Below, one piece after another: positions 45,612-55,329 of a stretch of 64,000 bases of DNA; position 1 is the stretch's first letter; each line of letters starts with the position of its first letter. The position numbers were made by a program, and so were the translations under genes. Origin of the DNA: Candidatus Bathyarchaeota archaeon (GTDB taxonomy: Archaea; Thermoproteota; Bathyarchaeia; Bathyarchaeales; Bathycorpusculaceae); NCBI GenBank assembly GCA_963811105.1, contig CAWEPZ010000002.1, positions 480,001 through 544,000 on the forward strand. The letters are read 5' to 3'. The notes under the pieces were generated by a model. The model worked only from the letters and a program-made list of their open reading frames with translations. It did no database searches and was not told the origin of the DNA.

Positions 45612-46631
45612 ATGCCTAGAACTACACCTCCATGGGAAATTAAGCGTGAACTTTTGATCAAAGCAGAGGACACGACAAATCCAAAGTATGGGCACCTGCC
45701 TTCAGAAAGACCCGCAAAAGAGTTTATCCAATATGGAACAATAAACCTGGATAAGTCCGCAGGACCAACGAGCCATGAGGTTGCCGCTTGGGTTAAAAGA
45801 ATAATGCATGTAGAAAACATTGGTCATGGAGGCACGCTGGACCCTAAAGTAACTGGGGTTTTGCCCATCACTTTAGAGGACGCTACAAAAGTTGTTCAGG
45901 CATTTCTCTACAGCGGCAAAGAATACGTTTGTGTAATGAAGATGCATGGCAACGCACCGGAAGAACAAATCAAGGAGGTTCTCGGGGAATTTGAAGATGA
46001 AATCTTTCAGCGACCCCCTTTGCGTTCATCAGTTAAGCGACAACTTAGAACCAGGCGGATTTACTTCATCGACTATATGGAAACAGATGGACGCAACGTG
46101 CTTTTCAAAGTTGGATGTGAAGCTGGAACTTATATCCGCAAATTATGTTTTGATATTGGCGAAATTTTGGGCGTAGGAGCTCACATGCAGGAGTTGCGCA
46201 GGACTCGGTCAGGTTCATTTACTGAGAACAGCAGCATGAAAGTAACCCTGCATGATGTCGCTTATTGGTTTGGAGAGTGGGAGCAAAAGAAAGATGAAGG
46301 CCTGTTGCACAAGTTCATTGAGCCTATGGAGACGGCGTTGGCTTTGCTGCCTAAGATTGTTGTTCGTGATTCAGCTGTTGATGCGCTGTGTCACGGTGCA
46401 AACTTGACAGCACCAGGGGTATTGAAGGTTAACGCCGGTATAGGAAAGGATTCGATTTTGGCTATTTTTACTCTGAAGGGCGAAGCTGTGGCGTTGGGCA
46501 AAGCGCTTGTTTCAAGCCAGGAAATGTTGGATTTAAGCCACGGTGCAGTTGCTGGTTTAGAGCGAGTTCTGATGCTTAGAGGTACTTACCCGAAGGTATG
46601 GAAAACTGGTAAAGAGCATGAATCAGCCTAA
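45612..46631 (+). CDS. cbf5: H/ACA RNA-guided pseudouridine synthase Cbf5
   Basis: LDKSAGPTSHEV, GHGGTLDPKVTGVLP, GTYIRKLC, PUA domain. Confidence 0.96.
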   Translation: MPRTTPPWEIKRELLIKAEDTTNPKYGHLPSERPAKEFIQYGTINLDKSAGPTSHEVAAWVKRIMHVENIGHGGTLDPKVTGVLPITLEDATKVVQAFLYSGKEYVCVMKMHGNAPEEQIKEVLGEFEDEIFQRPPLRSSVKRQLRTRRIYFIDYMETDGRNVLFKVGCEAGTYIRKLCFDIGEILGVGAHMQELRRTRSGSFTENSSMKVTLHDVAYWFGEWEQKKDEGLLHKFIEPMETALALLPKIVVRDSAVDALCHGANLTAPGVLKVNAGIGKDSILAIFTLKGEAVALGKALVSSQEMLDLSHGAVAGLERVLMLRGTYPKVWKTGKEHESA

Positions 46632-47244
46632 AGAAAACCCAGAGCACTATTTTGTTGCTGAACCCACGTCAAAGGAGCGGTTCGGTTTAGTTCGAGCCAC
46701 CCTATGCCGTAGAAGCTTCGAGTTTATGACTTCTTCAAGCGTTTTTTCGAAGAAACGGGTTGATTTGGGCACTAGACTGCTTATTGAATCGATGGTTCTG
46801 CCCAACGAAGGCTGTGTTTTGGATATTGGTTGCGGCTACGGAGCAGTAGGTATTGTTGCCGCTGCTTTGAATCCCAAGATTAAAGTGGTCATGACAGATG
46901 TGAATGCGAGAGCTGTACGTTTGGCCAGAAAAAACTTGGAATTAAACAGAATTCGCAACGCTCAAGTACGATATGGCTACTTTTATGAACCAGTTGAAGA
47001 TTCAGTTTTCAATTGCGTTTTGTCGAATCCGCCTGTAAGTGCTGGTATGGAAACGGTGAAAGCCATAGTGAAGCAAGCGCCAGAAGTCATGACGGACAAA
47101 GCCACTTTCCAAATGGTTATTCGCTCAAAAATCGGCATTAAGACATTGCCCGATTTATTTGGCGAAACGTTTGGAAACGTTAATGTTCTTGCAAGAGGAA
47201 GCGGATTTCGAGTTCTGATAGGGCAACGAATTGGCTGCAACTAA
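46618..47244 (+). CDS. class I SAM methyltransferase (RsmC/MTS-like)
   Basis: VFSKKRVDLGTRLL, VLDIGCGYG, LSNPP. Confidence 0.9.
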   Translation: MNQPKENPEHYFVAEPTSKERFGLVRATLCRRSFEFMTSSSVFSKKRVDLGTRLLIESMVLPNEGCVLDIGCGYGAVGIVAAALNPKIKVVMTDVNARAVRLARKNLELNRIRNAQVRYGYFYEPVEDSVFNCVLSNPPVSAGMETVKAIVKQAPEVMTDKATFQMVIRSKIGIKTLPDLFGETFGNVNVLARGSGFRVLIGQRIGCN

Positions 47245-47332
47245 GTAACTATTAACAGGCAAAATGCGCCCAAACAATAGGAGAGGATATTCAGATTCTT
47301 CCTAGATTTTGCAAAACTAAATAGTTCCTTGG

Positions 47333-48757
47333 TTAATTTTTATTCTTGGGCATGAATTTTGAAACGCCGTTTTTGGCAACATACCCTAATATTACGATTA
47401 CCCAAATAAGAATCAGCAAAGTCGCTACAATAGTTGTCATTAAGTTCAGGTTTAGTAGGTCGCTTGTGTCTTTAAGTATGATTTCTGATTTGGGAGTTGC
47501 CACAGGCGTGGGGTCCATACTCGGAGGCTGAATTGTAGGAGTTGGAGTTTGCTGAATTATTGATTGAGTGGGAACAACCGTTGCAATTGGTGTTACATTT
47601 GGCGTTGTGTCTGGTATAGCTGGCGCTGACGGGCTTGGACCGATTAGTAAGGGAACAAAATCAATTTTTCCCAGGCCAACATCATCATAGATATCGTAGA
47701 TTGTTTGATTTATTGTTGGTACGTCGGTTGTTCCCCACCAGTTATTCTCTGCATTAACGCTTGCGCTGCTTGCTGTAATGTCGTTTACGATGTTGCCAAC
47801 AATGTTGTTGTTGCTGATAATTGTACCCGAATCTGGATTATGTATTCCCACTTGGTTGTTAGTTATGGTGTTACTATCGATATAGCCGCCACCGTTGATT
47901 CCATATCGAATACTTCCATCGATTAAGTTGTTCGTTATTGTTAGTGATGCTACATCGTTGACGTCTATGCCATCATGACATCCTAGGAAAGTGTTCCCTT
48001 CAACCGCTAATGCAACTTTGGTTTCAGCTTTAACCCCCAACCAACAGTTTGAGAAAATATTGTTGGAAATTAAGAAGGCAGGATTAGAAATGACATCAGG
48101 TGAGTAAGTTTGAACATTGATTCCCGTGAGTTGCCCGTTGCCGTCAAACTCGTTGTTAGTTATAACTGGTGTTCCCAAGTTAACGCTGATGCCGTATGCA
48201 TAATGGCTTGGGTCTTGACCGTTGAAGACTATTTGATTGTTAGATATTATAGGTGACCCTGCAGAAGACCCTCCAGAAACAGTGATTGGGGATTGTGTTG
48301 TTGAGAAACTGAAATAGCACTTGTCAACTTTTATCGCACTGTTGATTTGAAGGGCAACTCTATTGAATGATGCATATTGAATGATTGATCCTGAATTAGT
48401 TAAGTCGCTCCAACCAACACTTGACGTATCAAAATAAATTGGATTCATCCCTGTTTGGTTGTCAGGAATTGTAAAAGTTATCCTATTGTTTGAGTCGCCT
48501 ATAGCAATTAACGTGCCACTTACAGTTAAATAATGGTATAATCCAAAATTAACGGTTACTCCAGGATCAATCGTTAAAGTTACATTAGGAAAAACCCTTA
48601 GACTTGCATTAAAAACAACTGGGCTATCGTTTATGGTCCAATGACTATCACTTGTCATGTTCCCCCCTACGGTAGTTGCATGCACGCCGTTTCTGACCAA
48701 AGCTAGCCCGCTAACCAAAATAGTTATGATTAGAACTATGCATGCAAGACGTTTCAT
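47333..48757 (-). CDS. secreted right-handed beta-helix (NosD/CASH-like) surface protein with C-terminal TM anchor
   Basis: Signal peptide, Asn-rich ISNN/ITNN repeats, AENNWWGT, P/T linker, TM helix. Confidence 0.8.
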   Translation of the reverse strand: MKRLACIVLIITILVSGLALVRNGVHATTVGGNMTSDSHWTINDSPVVFNASLRVFPNVTLTIDPGVTVNFGLYHYLTVSGTLIAIGDSNNRITFTIPDNQTGMNPIYFDTSSVGWSDLTNSGSIIQYASFNRVALQINSAIKVDKCYFSFSTTQSPITVSGGSSAGSPIISNNQIVFNGQDPSHYAYGISVNLGTPVITNNEFDGNGQLTGINVQTYSPDVISNPAFLISNNIFSNCWLGVKAETKVALAVEGNTFLGCHDGIDVNDVASLTITNNLIDGSIRYGINGGGYIDSNTITNNQVGIHNPDSGTIISNNNIVGNIVNDITASSASVNAENNWWGTTDVPTINQTIYDIYDDVGLGKIDFVPLLIGPSPSAPAIPDTTPNVTPIATVVPTQSIIQQTPTPTIQPPSMDPTPVATPKSEIILKDTSDLLNLNLMTTIVATLLILIWVIVILGYVAKNGVSKFMPKNKN

Positions 48758-48861
48758 TTTGATATCGCTTTAAGGTAATGTTGATCTTGAAATATAAAAT
48801 TATATTTTAATCACGGTAGTTTATGAAAATTTAAAAGGACATTCGTTGTAAGACTTAGGCT

Positions 48862-49791
48862 ATGAGCAAGCTTGTTTCAAGCCTAGTTCAGGGCTTTATG
48901 AGATTTATAAATAAAAGCTTGGTAAAAAACCTCATAGTCATCACATTATGTGTATTGTTTTTCTTCATTCAGATTCTTTTCCCATTCAATTACTATGCGT
49001 CAGGTACAAGAAATCCGGCTTCAACATTCCAAGTTGGCATTCACTACGTTTACGAGCAAGATAACCTTGACCAAATTTATGGGGAAGTCACCAAAATCCA
49101 TGATTTAGGCTTCAAAGTTATACGCATAAGCCTTGAATGCGCCCCGCAGGATTATAATGACCTGCAAAATCAAAGAACAGACAAGTTCTTTTCAGCCACT
49201 GACAATTTTGGGCTAGCTGTTGCACTTGTAATTCCGAATGATGACCAAACTCAAAAAGTAGATTATTACCTTAATCGCTGGGGAAGCCACGTTAAATACA
49301 TTCAAGTCATGAATGAACCTGAATCCTCTTCCAGTTGGGATGTGGGTGCATTATTTACAGATAACGAAATTATTTCAAAGTTTGATAGCATGTACTCCAT
49401 TGTGCAGTCTCATCATCTTTCCGCAAAAGTTTACACGAATTTTGGCATAGGCTACATCTTAAGAAGCAATCTACCAATGGAAATCAGCAAGAAACTCGAT
49501 TTTGTGGGCTTAGACATTTATATGGATTCATTTCTCGTATTGTCCCCTCATTTTGTTCAAAACCTGCAAGGATTAACTCACAAAGATATAGTAATAACCG
49601 AGTATGGCATGTCAACAAGCGATAGTACAGCCCAAAGCAACTTTATCATTAAAGGACTTAACCTATACAAAAGCATGGGACTCAAAGGGTGTTGGCTGGT
49701 CTACTGGAACAGCGCATTTGACAATTATGGAATTCGCGGTAGACCCGCAGAACAGGCAGTAGGTAACTGGATTGCGCAAAATGCTAAGTGA
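48862..49791 (+). CDS. membrane-anchored clan GH-A glycoside hydrolase-like TIM barrel
   Basis: N-terminal TM; QVMNEP (acid/base) and VITEYG (nucleophile). Confidence 0.7.
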   Translation: MSKLVSSLVQGFMRFINKSLVKNLIVITLCVLFFFIQILFPFNYYASGTRNPASTFQVGIHYVYEQDNLDQIYGEVTKIHDLGFKVIRISLECAPQDYNDLQNQRTDKFFSATDNFGLAVALVIPNDDQTQKVDYYLNRWGSHVKYIQVMNEPESSSSWDVGALFTDNEIISKFDSMYSIVQSHHLSAKVYTNFGIGYILRSNLPMEISKKLDFVGLDIYMDSFLVLSPHFVQNLQGLTHKDIVITEYGMSTSDSTAQSNFIIKGLNLYKSMGLKGCWLVYWNSAFDNYGIRGRPAEQAVGNWIAQNAK

Positions 49792-50224
49792 TAACAAAGT
49801 AATCAACCATTTTAGGCATCTATGGTTGGTTGAAAAACTGTTTATCCAAGGCTTTACAGTGACCATTGTATTAATTATTATTCAAGTGTGGCTGAATGAC
49901 GCCAAGGACGGCTTTACAGCTTATATGCCGCCAATAGGCTACGCCCTCTTGATGGCCGTCACATATTTTGCTCAACCTCTAATAATCGGCGTCCTAAACA
50001 TAGTAATAATTAACGGCTTATACAAGACCAAGGGATGGCAAGTTGGGTTCTGGCTAAACGGTATTTTCTTGTTGCTTACCTTCACAACTATCAATCTTTT
50101 GCTAGAAATAGTCTTTCAGATGCCCTTTCTGCCACTTGTTGCCGTGATTGATGTCCTTTTGTCGCTTCCTTTTGGGTGTATAGCAAGGTTTAGCAACGGC
50201 GGATGGAACAAACCAATTGACTAA
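49772..50224 (+). CDS. 4-TM hypothetical membrane protein
   Basis: Hydrophobic segments; overlaps the end of the GH gene. Confidence 0.65.
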   Translation: MRKMLSDNKVINHFRHLWLVEKLFIQGFTVTIVLIIIQVWLNDAKDGFTAYMPPIGYALLMAVTYFAQPLIIGVLNIVIINGLYKTKGWQVGFWLNGIFLLLTFTTINLLLEIVFQMPFLPLVAVIDVLLSLPFGCIARFSNGGWNKPID

Positions 50225-50784
50225 AAAACCGTTGATGTGATTATCGCTTAACACATTTTCCTGTGATTGGATCATAACGGTTGCTCTTAGAATAATCGCA
50301 GTTTTTGCAATCATCTTTTATGTCTTGTCCAAATGGGCAATCTTTCAAATCTGCCATTTACTTCACCTGATGATTTTTTCTTAGCATCTATTGCAAGTTT
50401 GCTCTATAAAAGTTAAGTCCCAAGATAATTCTTTTTTTAGTTTTTCAAGCTCTCTTCATTCACGTAAGTTAGGCGAGAAAGTTGGGAAACTCGCAATTTA
50501 TGACAAAGCATACGATTTCAGCGGGGAAGCTTTCTGATATTTAGAAGTACACCTACAAAAACGAGGGCCAGCAATACTTTTGAAGCAACGATGGCAATAA
50601 TGGTTGAGAAAAGGGCTTTTCTATAAGGTCTCTGATAGCGTGCTAGTTGTTTGCTTGAACAAAGCTGTAGCTGAAGAAGTTGAATGCTTGAGAAAACAAG
50701 ACTTACGTTTGAACCGCCTGTATTTTTCTAATTTAACTTTGAAGGCGAATAACTTATGAACCGCTAATGCTTCTGGTGTATTGT

Positions 50785-51672
50785 ATGTCACGCCAACTTG
50801 ACCATCTCATTAGCACATTGATTTTGGTTTTCGTCGTAATAATTGCAGTGATATATTTGAGCTTTCAATTTCCAGCTTACGGCTACATCTTCAGGTATAT
50901 TTTCGCCGCAATGATTATGGTTGGCGGCGTGTTCATCTCCAGGGAGCTCGCTAGTCTTGTAGTTAAAGAGCTTAAATCGACCCATGGAAAAAATGCTTTG
51001 TTGCTCAGCAACATAATCACAGTTGGCGGATACATAATATCCGCAATAATCGCAGCGTCATACGTCTCCTTTTCACCCACAGCCTTACTGGCTGGAGCAA
51101 CCATCAGTGGACTTGTACTAGGTCTTGCCCTACAGCCAACTTTAGGCAGCTTCTTCGCAGGAATACTGATTCTATTCTCAGGTCAAATTCGACCTGGAAA
51201 TCAAGTGAGAATCTTGACTTGGCACATTCCATTTCAGTGGGCGTTCCTTCCAGGGTATAAATATTTTTCACCTGACCAAATCTATCCTGGATATATGGCT
51301 GAAGTTATAGAAGTCGGCTTGTTTTTTACGACTGTTCTAACAGAAGAAAGCCAGACGATGAAAATTCCAAACACCATAATTGCCACAGACGCCGCCGTTA
51401 TCACTTACACCCACAAAGACTACATATTCAACGTAAGATACGAGTTCCCAAATAAGTTTGACCCAGAGCTTGTCCTTACACGAGTACGAGAGGAAACCAA
51501 AGATTTCCCAGTCCTGAATGTTTTTGTCAACGAGCAGAGCGACAAAGAATACTACATAGTAAAGGTTGTTCTAAATGCAAAAGAAAAGGACCACGCAAGC
51601 CTCAAATCCCAGATATTGACCCGCTTCATTAGACTCCATAAGGAACTCAACGAAGAAAAAAGCAACAGTTAA
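50785..51672 (+). CDS. MscS family mechanosensitive channel
   Basis: GLVLGLALQPTLGSFFAGILI, IRPGNQV, VIEVGLFFT, IPN. Confidence 0.88.
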   Translation: MSRQLDHLISTLILVFVVIIAVIYLSFQFPAYGYIFRYIFAAMIMVGGVFISRELASLVVKELKSTHGKNALLLSNIITVGGYIISAIIAASYVSFSPTALLAGATISGLVLGLALQPTLGSFFAGILILFSGQIRPGNQVRILTWHIPFQWAFLPGYKYFSPDQIYPGYMAEVIEVGLFFTTVLTEESQTMKIPNTIIATDAAVITYTHKDYIFNVRYEFPNKFDPELVLTRVREETKDFPVLNVFVNEQSDKEYYIVKVVLNAKEKDHASLKSQILTRFIRLHKELNEEKSNS

Positions 51673-51692
51673 GAAGTAACATGGGTAAAATG

Positions 51693-51968
51693 TTAGGTTG
51701 CACACTTCGGACCTTTGTGAGTGCTCAGTACAATCGAAGTTATTGTGCTTTTCACACCCATGATCTTCATAATCTTGTTTTTCAGGACATCTCTGAATGA
51801 CTCGATATCTGAAGTCCCAACAAGCGCAACGATGTCAAATTCACCTGTAACCTCGTAGAGTTCCTCCACGGCGTCTATCTTTGAAAGAGCTAGAACAACA
51901 TCGTCCATGATTTGTGTCTCTACGAAAATGTTTACAAAAGCGTGTAATTCATGCACTTTATTCACCAA
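51693..51968 (-). CDS. stand-alone Lrp/AsnC ligand-binding (RAM) domain protein
   Basis: VEELYEVTGEFDIVALV...GVKSTITSIVL; no HTH. Confidence 0.85.
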   Translation of the reverse strand: MVNKVHELHAFVNIFVETQIMDDVVLALSKIDAVEELYEVTGEFDIVALVGTSDIESFRDVLKNKIMKIMGVKSTITSIVLSTHKGPKCAT

Positions 51969-52216
51969 CAGCTATAACGTCTTCTGAATTTTTCATTAGT
52001 TAAAGTAAGTATTGTACTTTTCGTATGCCTAACACAACGCACTCATGACTATGAAATGAAGAGGGTGAAGATTGAAGAAGGTTGACAAGTGCTCGCCCTA
52101 TTTATTTCGCGCAGAAGATACAACCTTACACCTATGAAAAACAATCTGTCTATTTGCTATTTGGTTCTTCGGCAATCAGAGTAATGAATTTGATAATGGA
52201 TTTGTCACCCGCTTTA

Positions 52217-52498
52217 TCAGGTATCTTCGGTGTCACATTTTGGGCCTTTGTGAGCTTTGAGCACAATAGAACTTACGGTGCTTTTTATGCCTTTTATTTT
52301 CATGATCTTATTTTTGAGGATGTCTCGAAATTCTTCTATGTCAGCAGCAGACACTAAAGTCACTATGTCGAATTCACCGGTAACTTCGTAGAGTTCTTCA
52401 AGGTGTTCTAATTTGGAAAGCGATGATAAAACACTATCCATTTCTTGAGCGTCCACAAAAATGTCTACAAATGCTAATAATTTTTGCATATAGGTCAT
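52217..52498 (-). CDS. stand-alone Lrp/AsnC ligand-binding (RAM) domain protein
   Basis: LEELYEVTGEFDIVTLV...GIKSTVSSIVL. Confidence 0.85.
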   Translation of the reverse strand: MTYMQKLLAFVDIFVDAQEMDSVLSSLSKLEHLEELYEVTGEFDIVTLVSAADIEEFRDILKNKIMKIKGIKSTVSSIVLKAHKGPKCDTEDT

Positions 52499-52655
52499 CT
52501 TTCCTAATTGGACATAAATTTCAAATATTTATACTTTGCAGTACATTCAGATAGTATTTTGACTATTAACCCTGCGAACGTATAGAAACAAAACTAATTA
52601 CTGGAAAATAGTGAAATATCCATAGCAATGATCCAGTTACCCAAAAAATGCAGCT

Positions 52656-53123
52656 TTAGCCAGTAAAATTGCCGTATATGGTAGGATAATCTTTAATCAG
52701 CAGCAAATTGATTCTCAAGACGTTTATATATGGGCTTCCAAAACCCCAAAATGTTCCCTCTTGATTCTGGTTAACGATATCCGTAAGAGAAGCCTCAGAT
52801 ATTCCAGAGGCATTGCTTATTCTTTGTATTTGCGAGTAAGCATCTTGAAGGGTGATATCTGGATCGACGCCTGACGCTGAGGGTGAGGCAGTCTCGTTTC
52901 TCGAATGGAAGAAAATAGGCATGCTGAAGCTTTGCGCTATTAGACTCGAGCCTACTGTTTTTCCGTTAATTTGGACCAGGTCGCCGTTAGCTTGGTTAGG
53001 AAAGAAAACTTGACCTATCCCTGTGATCAGAAATGGGTAAAACAGCCCACAAATCAGAAGCGAAATTACTGCTAATCCAATAATTGGTTTAAAGTTCCAT
53101 TTTTCTTTTTGTTCTGTTGACAT
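52656..53123 (-). CDS. kdpC: K+-transporting ATPase subunit C
   Basis: YPFLITGIGQVFFPNQANG, SASGVDPDIT, INVLRINL. Confidence 0.92.
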   Translation of the reverse strand: MSTEQKEKWNFKPIIGLAVISLLICGLFYPFLITGIGQVFFPNQANGDLVQINGKTVGSSLIAQSFSMPIFFHSRNETASPSASGVDPDITLQDAYSQIQRISNASGISEASLTDIVNQNQEGTFWGFGSPYINVLRINLLLIKDYPTIYGNFTG

Positions 53124-53136
53124 ACAATCTAATCTC

Positions 53137-55329
53137 CTATATGTGAAAGACTCCTACAAGGAGCATATCTATCAATTTGATACCGATGAATGGCACGATA
53201 ACACCTCCTACACCATAAATTAGCGTATTCTTTAGGAAGAGCGTCATTGTGCTGGTAGGCTTGAAGGAAATGCCGCGCATGGCAAGAGGAATTAACAACG
53301 GAATAATTATGGCATTAAATATTAGCGCGGACAAGACTGCACTTTTCAAGCCAAGTTGCAGAATGTTCAGCGCCTGTAGCTGGGGAATGGCAGCGCCAAA
53401 CAGTACAGGCATAATAGCAAAGTATTTCGCAATGTCGTTAGCGATGCTGAAGGCGGTAACAGCTCCCCGAGTCATAAGCAACTGCTTGCCAAGCATAACA
53501 ACATCAATTATCTTAGCCGGGTTCGACTCTAAGTCAACCATGTTGGCGGCTTCTTTAGCTGCTTCTGTACCTGAGTTCATCGCTAATCCAACATCAGCTA
53601 CAGAAAGGGCTGGGGCGTCGTTCGTTCCGTCACCTATCATAGCCACGATTTTACTATCTGCTTGTTCCTTCTTTGCAATGTTAAACTTGTCTTCAGGTTT
53701 AGCTTGCGCAACGTACTCGTCGATTCCAACTTCAGCTGCAATGCTCTTCGCAGTGAGCGGTTGGTCACCCGTAATCATGACTGGGCGTATACCCATTGTT
53801 TTTAAAGCCTGGATCTTTTCTTTTATGCCTTCTTTGAGGACATCTTTCAGTCTAATTATTCCTATAGCTTTGCCGTTTATCGAAATGGCTATTGGTGTTT
53901 CTCCCACTGAAGAAATGCCTTCCACTACAAGGTCATAGTTTTGTGGAACTGAAGATGATATTTTTTTAATTGACTCTGGAGCACCTTTGAGGACATTAAT
54001 CTCAGGTTCAAGAAGTGAGGCCATCGATTCGTCGAAGGCTTCTGAGGTTTTTCGTCTCATTCTTTGCCTTTGGAAAATGGCTTTGCCTCCTTTTGGAAGT
54101 GTCAAGTTTGATTGCGTTGTTATTTTGACTCCGCTTGTTCGAGTGCTGGCAGAGAACGGATATACTTCTGAGGTTGCAAGGGAGTTTAGTTCTTTCGGAA
54201 TGAAACTTTTCTCATATGCCAATTTGAGTATGCTGCGTCCCTCAGGCGTATCATCATGCCAGGAGCATAAGAAAGCAGCTTCGCCTACATCTTCTTCAGA
54301 ATAGCCTTCAAATGCTACAAACTCAATAGCTTGTCGATTGCCAACTGTGATTGTGCCTGTTTTATCTAAGAGCACCACGTCAGCGTCTCCAGCGGTCTCT
54401 ATAGCTTTTCCTGATTTTGCAATTATTTTGCTTTTGTAGAGTCTGGACATACCTGAGAGGCCGATGGCTGGTAACAAAGCACCTATTGTCGTGGGAAGAA
54501 GGCAAACGTAGAGTGCAATCAATACTGATAGATCTGCGCCGAGGCCGAGTGTAACTGACATGCCGAAAAGTGAAAGAATAATTATGGTGAATATGGCCGT
54601 TAATCCGATTAGAACAATGGTTATTGCAACTTCATTAGGAGTCTTCGGTCTCTTGGAAGATTCAACCATCTTTATCATTTGGTCAATGAAAGTTTCCCCT
54701 GGGTTCGTTGTAACCTTACCCGTCAAGGTATCGCTGACAACACGTGAACCTCCGATGAGGGAATCTCCTGGTGCTTTTCTGACGGGCGCAGATTCACCTG
54801 TAACAAGTGACTCGTCAACCATGGCAATTCCCTCAAGCACGTCAGCATCCAGAGGAACTATGTCGCCTTTTTCAATGAGAATAAGATCATCTTTTCTAAG
54901 TTCAGTTGACTTTAAACTAACTATCGATCTTGTCCAACCCTCCGTAACAATTTTTTTGCTTGAGACTTCGGTTTCCAGTTTTCGTAGGCTACCTGCTGTG
55001 CTTTTTGCCTGTTGCTCAGCAAGAGCGTCAGAGAGCGTACTGAACCAGACTGTGATAAGAAGGATAACTGCGACTTCGATATAGAAAACTTGTAGGCTGG
55101 GGCTGGCAACAGGTTCGAAAGCTTGTGGAATAATAGCCATTGCTGCAACAATGAAGAAAGTGATTTCGACAATCAGCATGACGGGGTTCTTGATAAGCGA
55201 AGTTGGGCTCAAACGTCTAACTGAATCGATGAGGACTTTTCCAGAGAAAGCTGCCCTCATTCCACCTTGCGCCGGTTCCTTTTTTGGGGTCGATGGTTCT
55301 ACAGTTATTTTTTCAGCATCAGAAGCCAT
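53137..55329 (-). CDS. kdpB: K+-transporting P-type ATPase subunit B
   Basis: TGES, CLLPTTIG, DKTGT, DDTPEGRSI, MITGD, GDGTNDAPAL. Confidence 0.96.
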   Translation of the reverse strand: MASDAEKITVEPSTPKKEPAQGGMRAAFSGKVLIDSVRRLSPTSLIKNPVMLIVEITFFIVAAMAIIPQAFEPVASPSLQVFYIEVAVILLITVWFSTLSDALAEQQAKSTAGSLRKLETEVSSKKIVTEGWTRSIVSLKSTELRKDDLILIEKGDIVPLDADVLEGIAMVDESLVTGESAPVRKAPGDSLIGGSRVVSDTLTGKVTTNPGETFIDQMIKMVESSKRPKTPNEVAITIVLIGLTAIFTIIILSLFGMSVTLGLGADLSVLIALYVCLLPTTIGALLPAIGLSGMSRLYKSKIIAKSGKAIETAGDADVVLLDKTGTITVGNRQAIEFVAFEGYSEEDVGEAAFLCSWHDDTPEGRSILKLAYEKSFIPKELNSLATSEVYPFSASTRTSGVKITTQSNLTLPKGGKAIFQRQRMRRKTSEAFDESMASLLEPEINVLKGAPESIKKISSSVPQNYDLVVEGISSVGETPIAISINGKAIGIIRLKDVLKEGIKEKIQALKTMGIRPVMITGDQPLTAKSIAAEVGIDEYVAQAKPEDKFNIAKKEQADSKIVAMIGDGTNDAPALSVADVGLAMNSGTEAAKEAANMVDLESNPAKIIDVVMLGKQLLMTRGAVTAFSIANDIAKYFAIMPVLFGAAIPQLQALNILQLGLKSAVLSALIFNAIIIPLLIPLAMRGISFKPTSTMTLFLKNTLIYGVGGVIVPFIGIKLIDMLLVGVFHI

